DNA of 47,890 bases from Pseudomonadales bacterium (GCA_021295875.1 JAGWBN010000005.1:2776-50665), one strand, 5' to 3'; shown: positions 9,629-20,005, counted from the first letter of the stretch. A program made the numbers and translations. The notes: a model not told the origin generated them from the sequence alone.

Positions 9629-10719
9629 TGGGATTCAACTGCGGCATCGTCGGTCTGCCCAACGTCGGCAAGTCCACCCTGTTCAACGCCATGACCCAGG
9701 CATCGGTGGACGCGGAGAACTTCCCGTTCTGCACCATCGAGCCGAATACCGGCGTCGTTCCCGTGCCCGATCAGCGGCTCGCCCGCATCGCCGAGATCGT
9801 GCGTCCGGCGAAGGTGGTGCCGAGCGCCATGGAGTTCGTCGACATCGCGGGTCTGGTGTCGGGCGCCGCCGAGGGCGAGGGTCTCGGCAACCGGTTCCTG
9901 GCGCACATCCGCGAGACCGACGCCATCGCCCACGTGGTGCGCTGTTTCGTGGACGTCAACGTCGCGCACGTCTCGGGGCGGATCTCGCCCGCCGACGACA
10001 TCGACGTGATCGACACCGAGTTGGCACTGGCCGACCTCGAGACCGCCGACCGCGTCCACGACCGCAACCGGCGCATGGCCAATGCCGGCGACAAGGACGC
10101 CCGCCGCCTGGTCGATGTTCTCGATCATGTCCGGGACGGCCTCGGCCGGGGCGAGCCGGTTCGAACCCTCGGCCTCGATGCCAACGAGACTGAACTCCTG
10201 GGTGAGTGCCAGTTCCTGACGGCCAAGCCGGTGATGTACATCGCCAACGTGGACGAGGACGGCTTCACCAACAATCCCGCTCTGGACGAAGTCGCGGCGA
10301 TCGCCGAGCATCAGGAAGCTGCGGTGGTTCCGGTGTGCGCCAAGATCGAGGCCGAAATCAGCGAACTCGACGCCGAAGAGCGGGAGGAGTTCCTGCGTGA
10401 TCTGGGGGTCGACGAGCCGGGTCTCGACCGCGTGATCCGCGCCGGCTACCGGTTGCTCGGGCTGCATCACTATTTCACGGCGGGACCCAAGGAAGCGCGT
10501 GCCTGGACCGTTCCCATCGGCACACCCGCCTCACGGGCGGCGGGCGTAATCCACACCGACTTCGAGCGCGGCTTCATCCGCGCGGAGGTGATTTGCTACG
10601 AGGACTTCATCTCCCACGACGGTGAGGTCGGCGCCCGGGAAGCCGGCCGGCGTCGCCTCGAAGGCAAGGACTACATCGTCCAGGACGGCGACGTCGTCCA
10701 CTTCCGCTTCAACGTGTAG
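9628..10719 (+). CDS. ychF: ribosome-binding ATPase YchF (Obg-like)
   Basis: [17 protein letters not shown]-loop, FCTIEPN, and a C-terminal TGS-like end [11 protein letters not shown]. The GTG start overlaps the pth stop. Confidence 0.92.
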   Translation: MGFNCGIVGLPNVGKSTLFNAMTQASVDAENFPFCTIEPNTGVVPVPDQRLARIAEIVRPAKVVPSAMEFVDIAGLVSGAAEGEGLGNRFLAHIRETDAIAHVVRCFVDVNVAHVSGRISPADDIDVIDTELALADLETADRVHDRNRRMANAGDKDARRLVDVLDHVRDGLGRGEPVRTLGLDANETELLGECQFLTAKPVMYIANVDEDGFTNNPALDEVAAIAEHQEAAVVPVCAKIEAEISELDAEEREEFLRDLGVDEPGLDRVIRAGYRLLGLHHYFTAGPKEARAWTVPIGTPASRAAGVIHTDFERGFIRAEVICYEDFISHDGEVGAREAGRRRLEGKDYIVQDGDVVHFRFNV

Positions 10720-10767
10720 CCGTCGCCGCCATGCCGCGCGTCTTTGCTTCGACGTGTAGCGCATAAG

Positions 10768-10786
10768 GGCGACGCTTGTCGTCGCC
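10768..10786. terminator. short GC hairpin between convergent ychF and cassette gene C
   Basis: GGCGACG-cttgt-CGTCGCC with no U-tract, so terminator function is uncertain. Confidence 0.35.
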
Positions 10787-10867
10787 GACACCTGCAACGC
10801 GCAGCCCGCTTCGAACGAACGTGGGCGACAGACAACAAGCGTGGACGCTACGACTGCGCAGGGTTCA

Positions 10868-12169
10868 CTAGGCGGCCTCGACCATTTGCTCGAAGGTCTG
10901 CTGGTCGATGACATTGTGGTTGACGAGAGTGGTCTGGACTAGGCGTTCGGAGACGTGGAAGTGACGTGCTGCGGCGTGGATGTCGTCGTCGCCGGGATCG
11001 TCGTTGGGAATATAGGCTCGGAGGTCGTCGAAGGGGCACAGGAACTCCTGTGCGAAGGCGCGCTGGAATTTCTGGCGACCGGACTTGGCCGTTGAAAGGG
11101 GCCCGAGGGCGTCGTTGCCGGACCAGATGATGTCGCCAAGGCTACGGCAGAGTTCGAAGCGCCGGCTGTGTGACCAGCGCGACCTGAGTGCCAGTTTGTT
11201 GACGTCCTCTGACGCGGTTCGTAGGCGAAGCCCGTAGGGGATCGAGCGCGGAGGGGCGCGCTGAGTGGCAAGGCGGTCGGCGTTTATGTCGAGGACTTCG
11301 CTGAGGCGCGGGTTTCGGATCGGCCCGTTCGGGAGGCGCAGACGTCGCCGTAGTTCGCGAGCAGCGACAACTGCCAGTCTCCAGGGGGGGTGGAGTGGCC
11401 AGTGGTCCAAGTCGATGCCGCTGATGGTCGATGGGATGCGAAGGACGACGCGGGAAGCTTCGGCGGCGACTAGGGCGTCCTGGAGTGCGGTGGTCGAGTG
11501 TTCGCCCTGTTGGGCGAGAGCGGCTTCCTCGATGCCATCTATGCCGAATCGCTCAGTCATGGCTTCGTAGTCGGACACCAGGCGTTCCGGCGCGGCGTCG
11601 GGGTCGAAGCCGAGCAGGGCCTCAAGGCGGCGCCAGCGACTGGTGGCAGGGTCGGCCCGCTCCGCGAGCAGACTTCGGTACTCGTGGTCGAGTCCGTCGC
11701 AGTCGGACCCGGCGTCCTGAAGGACCTGGTTGATGAAGGTGTCAATCGCGGTTTCCGCAGTTGATGAGGACACGTACTCGAGCGCGGGTTCCGCGAGAAA
11801 GCGTAGGGAACGTTGAAGGTTGTGGACGTCCGCGTGGACCATGATGGCGCATCGGGAACCTTCGCCCCATAACGAGACGTTAGGCCAAGGGTAGCCGGCA
11901 CCGACGGACGGTAGATGATGCGCGATGCGCCAGTGGGCGGGGAAATCGCGTTGCGGAGGTGGAGGCTCGCAACGGATGCGCCACCAGTTGTCGACAAACC
12001 AGAACGCGAGCGGAAGCGGGGGTGCTTCGAGGCAGCGGTCGGGCTGGTCGCTGCCGCGGCGGATCAGTCGGGTGAGCCAGATGTCGCCGAGACGGACGGC
12101 CAGTCGCCGCGTGATCGGATCGCCACCGCCGGATCGGGCTTCGACGAGAATCTCGAAACGGTCGGTCAT
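10868..12169 (-). CDS. hypothetical protein: unknown N-terminal domain plus C-terminal ImmA/IrrE (peptidase M78)-like domain with the HExxH motif destroyed
   Basis: Protein-like composition. The C-terminal third follows the M78 layout, but RFELCRSLGD replaces RFtlaHElgH. It is followed by QKFQRAFAQEFLCPFDDL and AAARHFHVSERLVQTTL. Start set at ATG 12169 (MTDRFEIL), which forms an ATGA overlap with the upstream gene's stop. ATG 12193 is the alternative. Confidence 0.75.
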   Translation of the reverse strand: MTDRFEILVEARSGGGDPITRRLAVRLGDIWLTRLIRRGSDQPDRCLEAPPLPLAFWFVDNWWRIRCEPPPPQRDFPAHWRIAHHLPSVGAGYPWPNVSLWGEGSRCAIMVHADVHNLQRSLRFLAEPALEYVSSSTAETAIDTFINQVLQDAGSDCDGLDHEYRSLLAERADPATSRWRRLEALLGFDPDAAPERLVSDYEAMTERFGIDGIEEAALAQQGEHSTTALQDALVAAEASRVVLRIPSTISGIDLDHWPLHPPWRLAVVAARELRRRLRLPNGPIRNPRLSEVLDINADRLATQRAPPRSIPYGLRLRTASEDVNKLALRSRWSHSRRFELCRSLGDIIWSGNDALGPLSTAKSGRQKFQRAFAQEFLCPFDDLRAYIPNDDPGDDDIHAAARHFHVSERLVQTTLVNHNVIDQQTFEQMVEAA

Positions 12170-12606
12170 CGGAAGTCGTAGCGGAGCCGGCATGCGGCAC
12201 CGGCGGAGCGGTCGGCGGGTGTCCCTTGGTCATCCGCCCAACCGGCGAATCGGTCGAACACAAGGCGTGCGATGGCTTCTTCGGGGAGGAGGGGGTAGCC
12301 GTGGAACTGGGCAGTCTCGCGGTTAGTCTCCCGTGCCTCGAATATCCAGCCGTCGTCTGCGACGGTCCAGAGGATGCGTGCTGTGTGGCCGATGAGTCCG
12401 GCGCGGATGCCGCGTTGGATTGGCGCGGGAATCTCGGGGACTTGGGCGGGTTGAAAGTCGGTTTCGTCGCACAGGGTGGCGTCGTCCCGGTCGCCGTTGA
12501 AAGGTTCGAGACCGAACAGATGCGGGTGGCGCTTGTGTTTCGAACTGCCCTCGTACCACACGGTGTCTAGTAGCCGTTCGATCAGGTCTTCGGCGGGATC
12601 GGGCAT
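12166..12606 (-). CDS. hypothetical small protein (about 146 aa), family not recognised
   Basis: The ORF has balanced composition from MPDPAEDLIERLLDTVWYEGSSKHKRHP ... FHGYPLLPEEAI. The 45 codons upstream (to 12741) are Arg-rich and look non-coding, so start ATG 12606 is preferred. Its stop overlaps the start of the next gene. Confidence 0.6.
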   Translation of the reverse strand: MPDPAEDLIERLLDTVWYEGSSKHKRHPHLFGLEPFNGDRDDATLCDETDFQPAQVPEIPAPIQRGIRAGLIGHTARILWTVADDGWIFEARETNRETAQFHGYPLLPEEAIARLVFDRFAGWADDQGTPADRSAGAACRLRYDFR

Positions 12607-12812
12607 TAGACGCCGTTTCTCGTTGTGGGAGCGGCGTCGGCGCGAGCGCCGACGGTTAGGCTGCGGCAAGGTCGGAGTCTCCTGTTGTCGTTCCAGTCTT
12701 ACGAGACTCCGCAGTGTGCAAAAGGCGGGGGTCGGGCGCAAGTCAAGTGGCCTACGGCGAGCCTATGGCGGTGGTTCCGACTCGTTCGCGTCAGTTGCGG
12801 ACAGCGCAAGGT

Positions 12813-13244
12813 TCATGTGGGCATGCGGAAGGCGAGCACGTTGATGCACCAGGGCGGAACCACGCCCACGTCCGGCAACGGCCCGTTGACGGCGGATCCG
12901 CGAATCCACGTCACCGCATCACCGATGCGGAAGTAGGCTTCGTCGGCGAACGCGGTGACGTAGATCTCGGCTCGATGTCCGGTGGGCGATTGTTCAGGGA
13001 AGGGAAGGATCGCTTCGAACAGCTCCGCCTCACGCGAGTGGACCTTGGATGCGGCGAGCCAGTTGAACTCGCTTGCCACGAACCACCATCCGCCGTGGTC
13101 GACCAGTTCGACGTGTCCGGCGCCCAGGACGGCCGCTCCGAAGGCCACGTTCTCAGCGATCTGCGTGCCGCCGATGCGTTCGCCCGGGAGCATCCCGGCG
13201 AGCCGCCGGCGCAGGAAGCCACGAGACTCCTCGTCGTCACTCAT
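12813..13244 (-). CDS. hypothetical protein (143 aa), family not recognised
   Basis: Balanced amino-acid composition (MSDDEESRGFLRRRLAG ... GHVELVDHGGWWFVASEFNWL ...). The overlapping plus-strand ORFs are Arg/Gly/Pro junk. It is divergent from livH across a 74-nt gap. Confidence 0.6.
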   Translation of the reverse strand: MSDDEESRGFLRRRLAGMLPGERIGGTQIAENVAFGAAVLGAGHVELVDHGGWWFVASEFNWLAASKVHSREAELFEAILPFPEQSPTGHRAEIYVTAFADEAYFRIGDAVTWIRGSAVNGPLPDVGVVPPWCINVLAFRMPT

Positions 13245-13318
13245 GGATGGGTCTGGATCCTATGCGTCGGTGCGGGAAACTCCGTATCATCGCCGCGCCG
13301 ACTTGAGGACGGCAACCG

Positions 13319-14188
13319 TTGGAAATTCTGCAACTGCTGATCATCGGCGTGTCCCAGGGGTGCGTCTACGGCCTGATCGCGCTCGGCTTCGTGCTGATCT
13401 ACAAGGCGACCGAGATGGTCAACTTCGCCCAGGGCGACATGATGATGCTCGGCGCGTTCGTGGCGTTCAGTCTCGCCAATCTCGCCGGGTTGCCGTTCGT
13501 CCTCGTGTTCGCCGCGACCCTGCTGATCATGGCCGTGTTCGGCATGGCGCTGGAGCGCGGCCTGTTGCGGTCCATGATCGGCGAGCCGCCGTTCGCCGTG
13601 CTGATGCTGACCATCGGCCTCGGTTTCGTGATCCGCGCGGTCGCCGGGGCCATCTGGGGGAATCAGCCGCGTGCCCTGGACTCGCCCTTCGCCGGCGGGA
13701 TCGTCGAGATCCAGGGCCTCATCATTGGCCATGAGAACATCGCCATCGTCGTTGGTACCGCGTTGCTGTGCGCTGCGTTGTACCTGTTCTTCCGTTTCAC
13801 GCGGTTGGGCATCGCCATGCAGGCCGCATCGCAGAACCAGTTGGCGGCGTACTACCTCGGCATCCCGGTGAAACGGGTGTTCTCGCTGGTGTGGGCCATA
13901 TCCGCCGCCATCGCGGCGGCCGCCGGCATCCTGGTGGCGCCGGTGAGCCTCATCGACCCGCTCATGGGCTTCGTCGGCATCAAGGCGTTCGCCGCCGCCA
14001 TCGTGGGCGGTTTCGGCAGCCTGCCGGGCGCCATCGTCGGCGGTTTGGTGATCGGCATCGCGGAGCAGTTCGTCTATCTGTTCCTGCCGCCCGGCGTGTC
14101 GGAGGTCAGCGCTTTCGTCCTGCTCCTGGCCATGCTCATCGTCCGACCGGAAGGCATCTTCGCCACTTTGCAGCAGAAGAAGGTCTGA
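13319..14188 (+). CDS. livH: branched-chain amino acid-type ABC transporter permease (LivH family)
   Basis: LQLLIIGVSQGCVYGLIALGFVLIYKATEMVNFAQGDMMMLGAF is a typical LivH N-terminus. TTG start is preceded by GAGGA. Confidence 0.9.
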   Translation: MEILQLLIIGVSQGCVYGLIALGFVLIYKATEMVNFAQGDMMMLGAFVAFSLANLAGLPFVLVFAATLLIMAVFGMALERGLLRSMIGEPPFAVLMLTIGLGFVIRAVAGAIWGNQPRALDSPFAGGIVEIQGLIIGHENIAIVVGTALLCAALYLFFRFTRLGIAMQAASQNQLAAYYLGIPVKRVFSLVWAISAAIAAAAGILVAPVSLIDPLMGFVGIKAFAAAIVGGFGSLPGAIVGGLVIGIAEQFVYLFLPPGVSEVSAFVLLLAMLIVRPEGIFATLQQKKV

Positions 14189-14198
14189 GAGAGGGCTG

Positions 14199-15271
14199 AT
14201 GCGCTTCGTACTCAAGACCAACTACGGACAGGATGTGAACCTGTTCCTGCACGGCGGACAGCGGTTCTGGTACGGCCTGCTTCTCGCGGTGGTGCTGTTG
14301 GCGCCGCTCGTCCTCGACACCTTCTACCTGGGGGAGTTCGCCCTGGTGTTCATTTGGGCGGTCGCTGGCACCGGGCTGATGATCCTGGTCGGCTACACCG
14401 GCCTCGTGAGTCTCGGCCACGCGGCGTTTCTCGCCATCGGCGCGTACGCGCACACCTATTTTCTTACCCGGGGCGTTCCGTTCGTCCTGTCGGTGCCGCT
14501 GGCGACGCTGTTCTGCGCGGTGGTCGGCTACGCCGTGGGGATGCCGGCGCTGCGCATGACCGGCATCTACTTCGCCATCGCGACGCTGGCGTTCGAGCGC
14601 ATCTCGGCTTTCGTGATCGAACATTGGGAAGGGGTCACCGGCGGTCACTTCGGTATCCGCGTGCCCGATGCGACCGTCCTCGGGGTCAACATCGACGGTC
14701 CGGTCGGGTTCTACTACATCTGTTTCGGCGTGCTCGCGGTCAGCCTGCTCGCGACCATGAACCTGCTCCGCTCGCCCACGGGTCGGGCGTTCATCGCGGT
14801 GCGTGACTCGGAGGTGTCGGCGGAAAGCATGGGCATCAACCTCGCACGTACCAAGTGCACGGCGTTCGCCCTGTCGGCGGCGTTCACCGGCTTGGCGGGA
14901 AGCCTGTTCGCGCACAAGATCGGCTACCTGGCGCCGGACGCCTTTACCGTGCAGACCTCCATCCAACTCCTGCTGATGGTGGTCGTGGGTGGCCTGGGCT
15001 CGTTGCAGGGCATCGTCTACGGGGCCATCTTCCTGGGTCTCCTGCCCCAGGCGATCGCCTTCGCGCGGGACGTGCTGCCGCAGCGGATCGCCGAGATCCC
15101 CGGGCTGGAACCCGGCATCTTCGGCCTGATCCTGATCCTCTTCCTGGTCTTCGAACCCCTCGGCATCCACGGCCGCTGGGTGAAGATCCGGACCTGGTTC
15201 GACGAGTTCCCGCTCTACCGCAAGGCGACCTACAAGCGTCAGCGCAGCTACCTGCGCACGGAACGGGTCCG

Positions 15272-15275
<4 letters not shown>
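14199..15275 (+). CDS. livM: branched-chain amino acid-type ABC transporter permease (LivM family)
   Basis: 358-aa polytopic protein with GYTGLVSLGHAAFLAIGAY. Its stop overlaps the livG ATG (ATGA). Confidence 0.88.
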
Positions 15276-16081
<806 letters not shown>

Positions 16082-16083
16082 CG

Positions 16084-16848
16084 GTGTCGCTCCTTACCCT
16101 GCGCAACATCGAGACCTACTACGGACCGATCATGGCGATCCGGGGTGTCTCGATCGAAGTCGCGGAACACGACGTGGTGACGATTCTCGGTGCCAACGGG
16201 GCCGGCAAGACGACGGTGCTGAAGACGATATGCGGCGCCATGGAACCGCAGAAGGGCAGCGTCACCTTCGCCGACGAGGACATCACCAACCGTGATCCCG
16301 ATCGGGTCGCGCGGCTCGGCATCGGGCACGTTCCGGAGGGCAGGGAGGTGTTTCCCTTCCTCACGGTGGACGAGAACCTGCGCATGGGCGCCTTCTCTCG
16401 CAAAGACGGCAGCATCGGCGCCGACCTCGAGCTGGTGTACGGCTATTTCGCGACGCTGGCCGACAACCGCAAGCTGGCCGCCGGTTTCCTGTCCGGCGGA
16501 CAGCAGCAGATGCTCGCCATCGGCCGCGCGCTGATGCTGCGTCCGAAGCTGATGCTGCTCGACGAGCCCTCGCTCGGCCTGTCGCCGATCCTGGTCCACG
16601 AGATCGCGGAGATCGTCACGCGGCTCAACGAGGAACAGCGGATGACCATCCTGCTGGTGGAGCAGAATGCGCAGATGGCCCTCGACCTCGGCGACTACGG
16701 CTACGTCATGGAGAACGGCCGCATCGTCATGGAGGACACCTGCGAGCGGCTGAAGAACGCCACGGACATCAAGGAGTTCTATCTCGGCATGAAGGACCAG
16801 GGCGTGCGCGGCAGGCGGCGCTGGAAGCAGAGGAAGACGTGGCGATGA
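16084..16848 (+). CDS. livF: ABC transporter ATP-binding protein (LivF family)
   Basis: Walker A GANGAGKTTVLK, signature LSGGQQQMLAIGRAL, Walker B LMLLDEPS. Start is GTG 16084, or TTG 16078. Confidence 0.88.
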   Translation: MSLLTLRNIETYYGPIMAIRGVSIEVAEHDVVTILGANGAGKTTVLKTICGAMEPQKGSVTFADEDITNRDPDRVARLGIGHVPEGREVFPFLTVDENLRMGAFSRKDGSIGADLELVYGYFATLADNRKLAAGFLSGGQQQMLAIGRALMLRPKLMLLDEPSLGLSPILVHEIAEIVTRLNEEQRMTILLVEQNAQMALDLGDYGYVMENGRIVMEDTCERLKNATDIKEFYLGMKDQGVRGRRRWKQRKTWR

Positions 16849-16909
16849 CATGCGACCGCTCCGCGGTCGCCCGAGATTTCGCTGGGCGCCAATCGAGGAG
16901 CGATGTGTC

Positions 16910-18733
16910 ATGAGTGGCACGGTGATCGACGGCTGCGACACGGTGCCGTCGCTGTTCCGCCAACGCGTGGCCGAACTCGGGGCCAAGGTCGCCCTGCGCG
17001 AGAAGGACTTCGGCATCTGGAACGAGTACACCTGGGCCGACTACGGTGAACACGCACGGCTTGCGGGATTGGGTCTGAAGGCGTTGGGTCTGGAGCGCGG
17101 CGACGCCTGCTCCATCGCCTCCGAGGTCAACAAGGAGTGGATGTTCGCGGACCTGGGCGTCATCTGCACGGGGGGGATCACCAACGGGGTCTATCCGACG
17201 GATGCGCCGAACCAGGTCGAGTACCTCATCAACGACAGCGGCACGCGGTTCTATTTCGCCGAGGACGAGGAGCAGCTCGACAAGGTGCTGGAGGTGCGTG
17301 AACGCACGCCCACGCTGGAGAAGATCGTCATCTTCGACATGGAGGGACTGCGCAGCCTCGACGATCCCATGTGCCTGTCCTTCGAGGCGTTGCAGGACTT
17401 GGGCCGTGACTACGGCGAGGCGAATCCGGCGGCCTGGGACGAGGAGATCGACAAGGCGCGCCCGGACGATCTCATGATCCTCACCTACACCTCGGGCACC
17501 ACCGGTCCGCCGAAAGGTGCGATGATCAGCCAAGCCAACATGCTGTTCATGATGAAAACGGTGCAGGACTGCTACGGCGTCTTCGACACTGATGAACAGC
17601 TCGGCTTTCTACCGCTGGCGCACGTGGCCGGGCGCATGTTCTACACCTTCTCGGCCATCGAGTCGCGCTCGGTCGTGAACCTGGTGGAGAGTCTCGAGAC
17701 CATCAACCACGATCAGCAGGAGGTCTCCCCCACCATCCACTTCGCCGTGCCCCGGGTGTGGGAGAAGCAGTTCTCCACGGTGCAGATCAAGCTCAAGGAA
17801 GGCACGCCGCTGGGCCGTGTGGCCTATCGGCTGGCCCTGGCCCTCGGCGAGCGCCGCGCGGCCTACCTGAAGGCGCGCAGGCGGGTGCCGGTGCCGCTCG
17901 CGGCCGCCTTCTTCCTGGCGGAAGTCCTGATCCTGAAGAACATCCGCCGCCTGCTCGGCATCGACAAGTGCCGCTGGCTGTCCACCGCCGCCGCGCCCAT
18001 CGCTCCGGACCTCATCGACTGGTACTGGGCGCTCGGCAAGCCCATGTACGAGCTCTACGGCCAGACCGAGTGCACCGGGATCGCCACCGCGAACCTCTCC
18101 GACGACTTCCGCATCGGCAGCGTCGGCAAGGCGGCCGAGGGGGTCGAAGTGGCCTTGTCCGAGGAAAACGAAATCGTCATCAGGAGTCCCGGCGTCATCC
18201 GGGGCTACTGGAACAAGCCGGAGAAGACCGCCGACACCATCCGCCAGGGCTGGCTGCACACCGGCGACGTGGGCCGCATCGACGACGACGGCTTCGTCTA
18301 CATCGTCGACCGGATGAACGACATCATCATCACCGCCGGGGGCAAGAACATCACCCCGAGCGAGATCGAGAACCAGTTGAAGTTCTCCCCCTACATCACC
18401 GACGCCGTGGTCGTCGGCGACCGGCATCCGTACCTCACGTGCCTCGTCATGATCGACGACGAGAACGTCACCAAGTTCGCCCAGGACAACGACGTGCCGT
18501 TCACCAACTACACGAGCCTGTGCCACACGCGGGAGGTCGAGGACCTGATCTGGGGCGAGATCGAGACGGTCAACGTTCGCTTCGCCCAGGTGGAGACCAT
18601 CAAGCGCTTCCGCCTGATCGACCAGTTGCTCGACCCCGAGGACGACGAACTGACGCCGACCCAGAAGCTCAAGCGCAAGGTGGTGAACGAGAAGTATGCG
18701 GACTTGATCGACAGCATGTATCGTGGCGGCTGA
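16910..18733 (+). CDS. AMP-dependent acyl-CoA synthetase (long-chain-fatty-acid-CoA ligase-like)
   Basis: AMP-binding motif LTYTSGTTGPPKGAMIS, YGQTE, GWLHTGDVG, and C-terminal PTQKLKRK. ATG 16910 lies 9 nt after GAGGAG. Confidence 0.88.
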   Translation: MSGTVIDGCDTVPSLFRQRVAELGAKVALREKDFGIWNEYTWADYGEHARLAGLGLKALGLERGDACSIASEVNKEWMFADLGVICTGGITNGVYPTDAPNQVEYLINDSGTRFYFAEDEEQLDKVLEVRERTPTLEKIVIFDMEGLRSLDDPMCLSFEALQDLGRDYGEANPAAWDEEIDKARPDDLMILTYTSGTTGPPKGAMISQANMLFMMKTVQDCYGVFDTDEQLGFLPLAHVAGRMFYTFSAIESRSVVNLVESLETINHDQQEVSPTIHFAVPRVWEKQFSTVQIKLKEGTPLGRVAYRLALALGERRAAYLKARRRVPVPLAAAFFLAEVLILKNIRRLLGIDKCRWLSTAAAPIAPDLIDWYWALGKPMYELYGQTECTGIATANLSDDFRIGSVGKAAEGVEVALSEENEIVIRSPGVIRGYWNKPEKTADTIRQGWLHTGDVGRIDDDGFVYIVDRMNDIIITAGGKNITPSEIENQLKFSPYITDAVVVGDRHPYLTCLVMIDDENVTKFAQDNDVPFTNYTSLCHTREVEDLIWGEIETVNVRFAQVETIKRFRLIDQLLDPEDDELTPTQKLKRKVVNEKYADLIDSMYRGG

Positions 18734-18768
18734 ACGGACCGTGATAGGCGGAGTGGAACCATGAAGCC

Positions 18769-20001
18769 ATGAAGAGAGTTGTGTTGATTGCCGCGGGGCT
18801 CGTCCTCGCCGCCTGCGGACCGGGCGAGTCCGGCGTCGACGACGCGCCGACGGGACCCGCCGACGCCGGCGAGACGGAAGTCGCCGCGGCCAACGAAGTC
18901 AACGGCGTCACCGACACCGAGGTCGTGCTGGGCACCCACACCGACCTGTCGGGCGCCATCGCCATCTGGGGAGTCGGTGTCTTGAACGGCGCCCGCATGC
19001 GCTTCGAAGAGGTGAACGAGGCCGGCGGCGTCCACGGGCGCACCATCCGCTACATCGCCGAGGACACCCAGTACCAGATCCCCCGGGCGATTTCCGCCGC
19101 CAACAAGCTGATCCACCGGGACAAGATCTTTGCCATGCTGATGGCGGTCGGCACGCCGACCAACAACGCCGTGATGCAGGAACAGTTCGAAGCCGGTGTA
19201 CCCAACATCTTTCCGGGCAGCGGCGCCCGCTCCATGGTCGAGCCGTTCAACAAGCTGATGTTCTCCCAGCACGGCACCTACTACGACGAGATCCGGGCCG
19301 CGGTGAAGTACTTCGCGGAGAAGGAAGGCCGGACGACTCCCTGCGTCATGTATCTCAACAACGAGTACGGTCTCGAGATCGTCGAGGGCGCCCAGGACCA
19401 GGCGGCCGAAATGGGCCTGGAAATCGCCGAGATGGCCGCCTACAAGATCACCGACAGCGAGTTCACCGCGCCCGTCATCCGACTGCGCGGCGCCGGCTGC
19501 AATCTCGTCCTCATGGGCTCGGTGCACCGGGACACGATCCTCATCCTGGAAGCCGCCCGCAAGCTTGGTTGGGACGACGTCGCCTGGGTCGGCAACAACG
19601 CCGCCTACGGGCAGGTGATCGCCGACCAGGAGAGCGGTTCCGGCGAGGGCTACTACGCGTTCGTGCACATGGCCAAGATCTACGAGGACGACGAGACGCT
19701 GACCGAGGTACAGCGCGACTGGATGCGACGCTACCGAGAGAAGTACGGTGAGGAGGCGGGGCTACCGGCCATGGAGGGCTATCGCGGCGCCGACCTCGTC
19801 GTGGTCGCGCTCGAACGGGCCGGCCGCGACCTCACCCGCGAGAAGTTCGTCGCGGCCATGGAGTCGATCAACGACTACACCGACATCTTCGGCTACAAGG
19901 TCGTCTTCGGCCCCGACGACCACAAGGGCGTTTCCGAGTCTGCGCTGTCGGTTGTGCGCAATGGCCGGTGGGTGACCCTCGATACCTCGATCAGCTATTG
20001 A
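18769..20001 (+). CDS. ABC transporter substrate-binding lipoprotein (LivK / type I periplasmic binding fold)
   Basis: Lipoprotein signal MKRVVLIAAGLVLAAC. The body is typical of Leu/Ile/Val-binding-protein-family solute receptors. It is the last gene of the transporter operon. Confidence 0.85.
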   Translation: MKRVVLIAAGLVLAACGPGESGVDDAPTGPADAGETEVAAANEVNGVTDTEVVLGTHTDLSGAIAIWGVGVLNGARMRFEEVNEAGGVHGRTIRYIAEDTQYQIPRAISAANKLIHRDKIFAMLMAVGTPTNNAVMQEQFEAGVPNIFPGSGARSMVEPFNKLMFSQHGTYYDEIRAAVKYFAEKEGRTTPCVMYLNNEYGLEIVEGAQDQAAEMGLEIAEMAAYKITDSEFTAPVIRLRGAGCNLVLMGSVHRDTILILEAARKLGWDDVAWVGNNAAYGQVIADQESGSGEGYYAFVHMAKIYEDDETLTEVQRDWMRRYREKYGEEAGLPAMEGYRGADLVVVALERAGRDLTREKFVAAMESINDYTDIFGYKVVFGPDDHKGVSESALSVVRNGRWVTLDTSISY

Positions 20002-20005
20002 GCTC

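Noticed and set aside
10706-10760. 15-nt imperfect direct repeat of the ychF stop region: GCTTCAACGTGTAGC at 10706 and GCTTCGACGTGTAGC at 10746. I considered it as an att-type scar of cassette insertion.
   Set aside because: Both copies lie on the same side of the cassette, 40 nt apart. I could find no matching copy at the livH-side boundary (13245-13318). It is more likely a small local duplication.
12813-13244. Faint resemblance of cassette protein A (IAENVAFGAAVLGAGHVELVDHGG) to the N-box region of GHKL/Bergerat-fold ATPases.
   Set aside because: The match is a short pattern only. The protein (143 aa) is too small for a complete ATPase fold, and the G1/G2 boxes are not evident. It is not used for annotation.
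10720-13318. Possible compositional (GC) island for the three-gene cassette.
   Set aside because: Hand counts of 60-nt samples inside the cassette and in ychF gave the same G+C (37/60). No tRNA, integrase or flanking repeat bounds the cassette. Horizontal origin therefore cannot be argued from composition.
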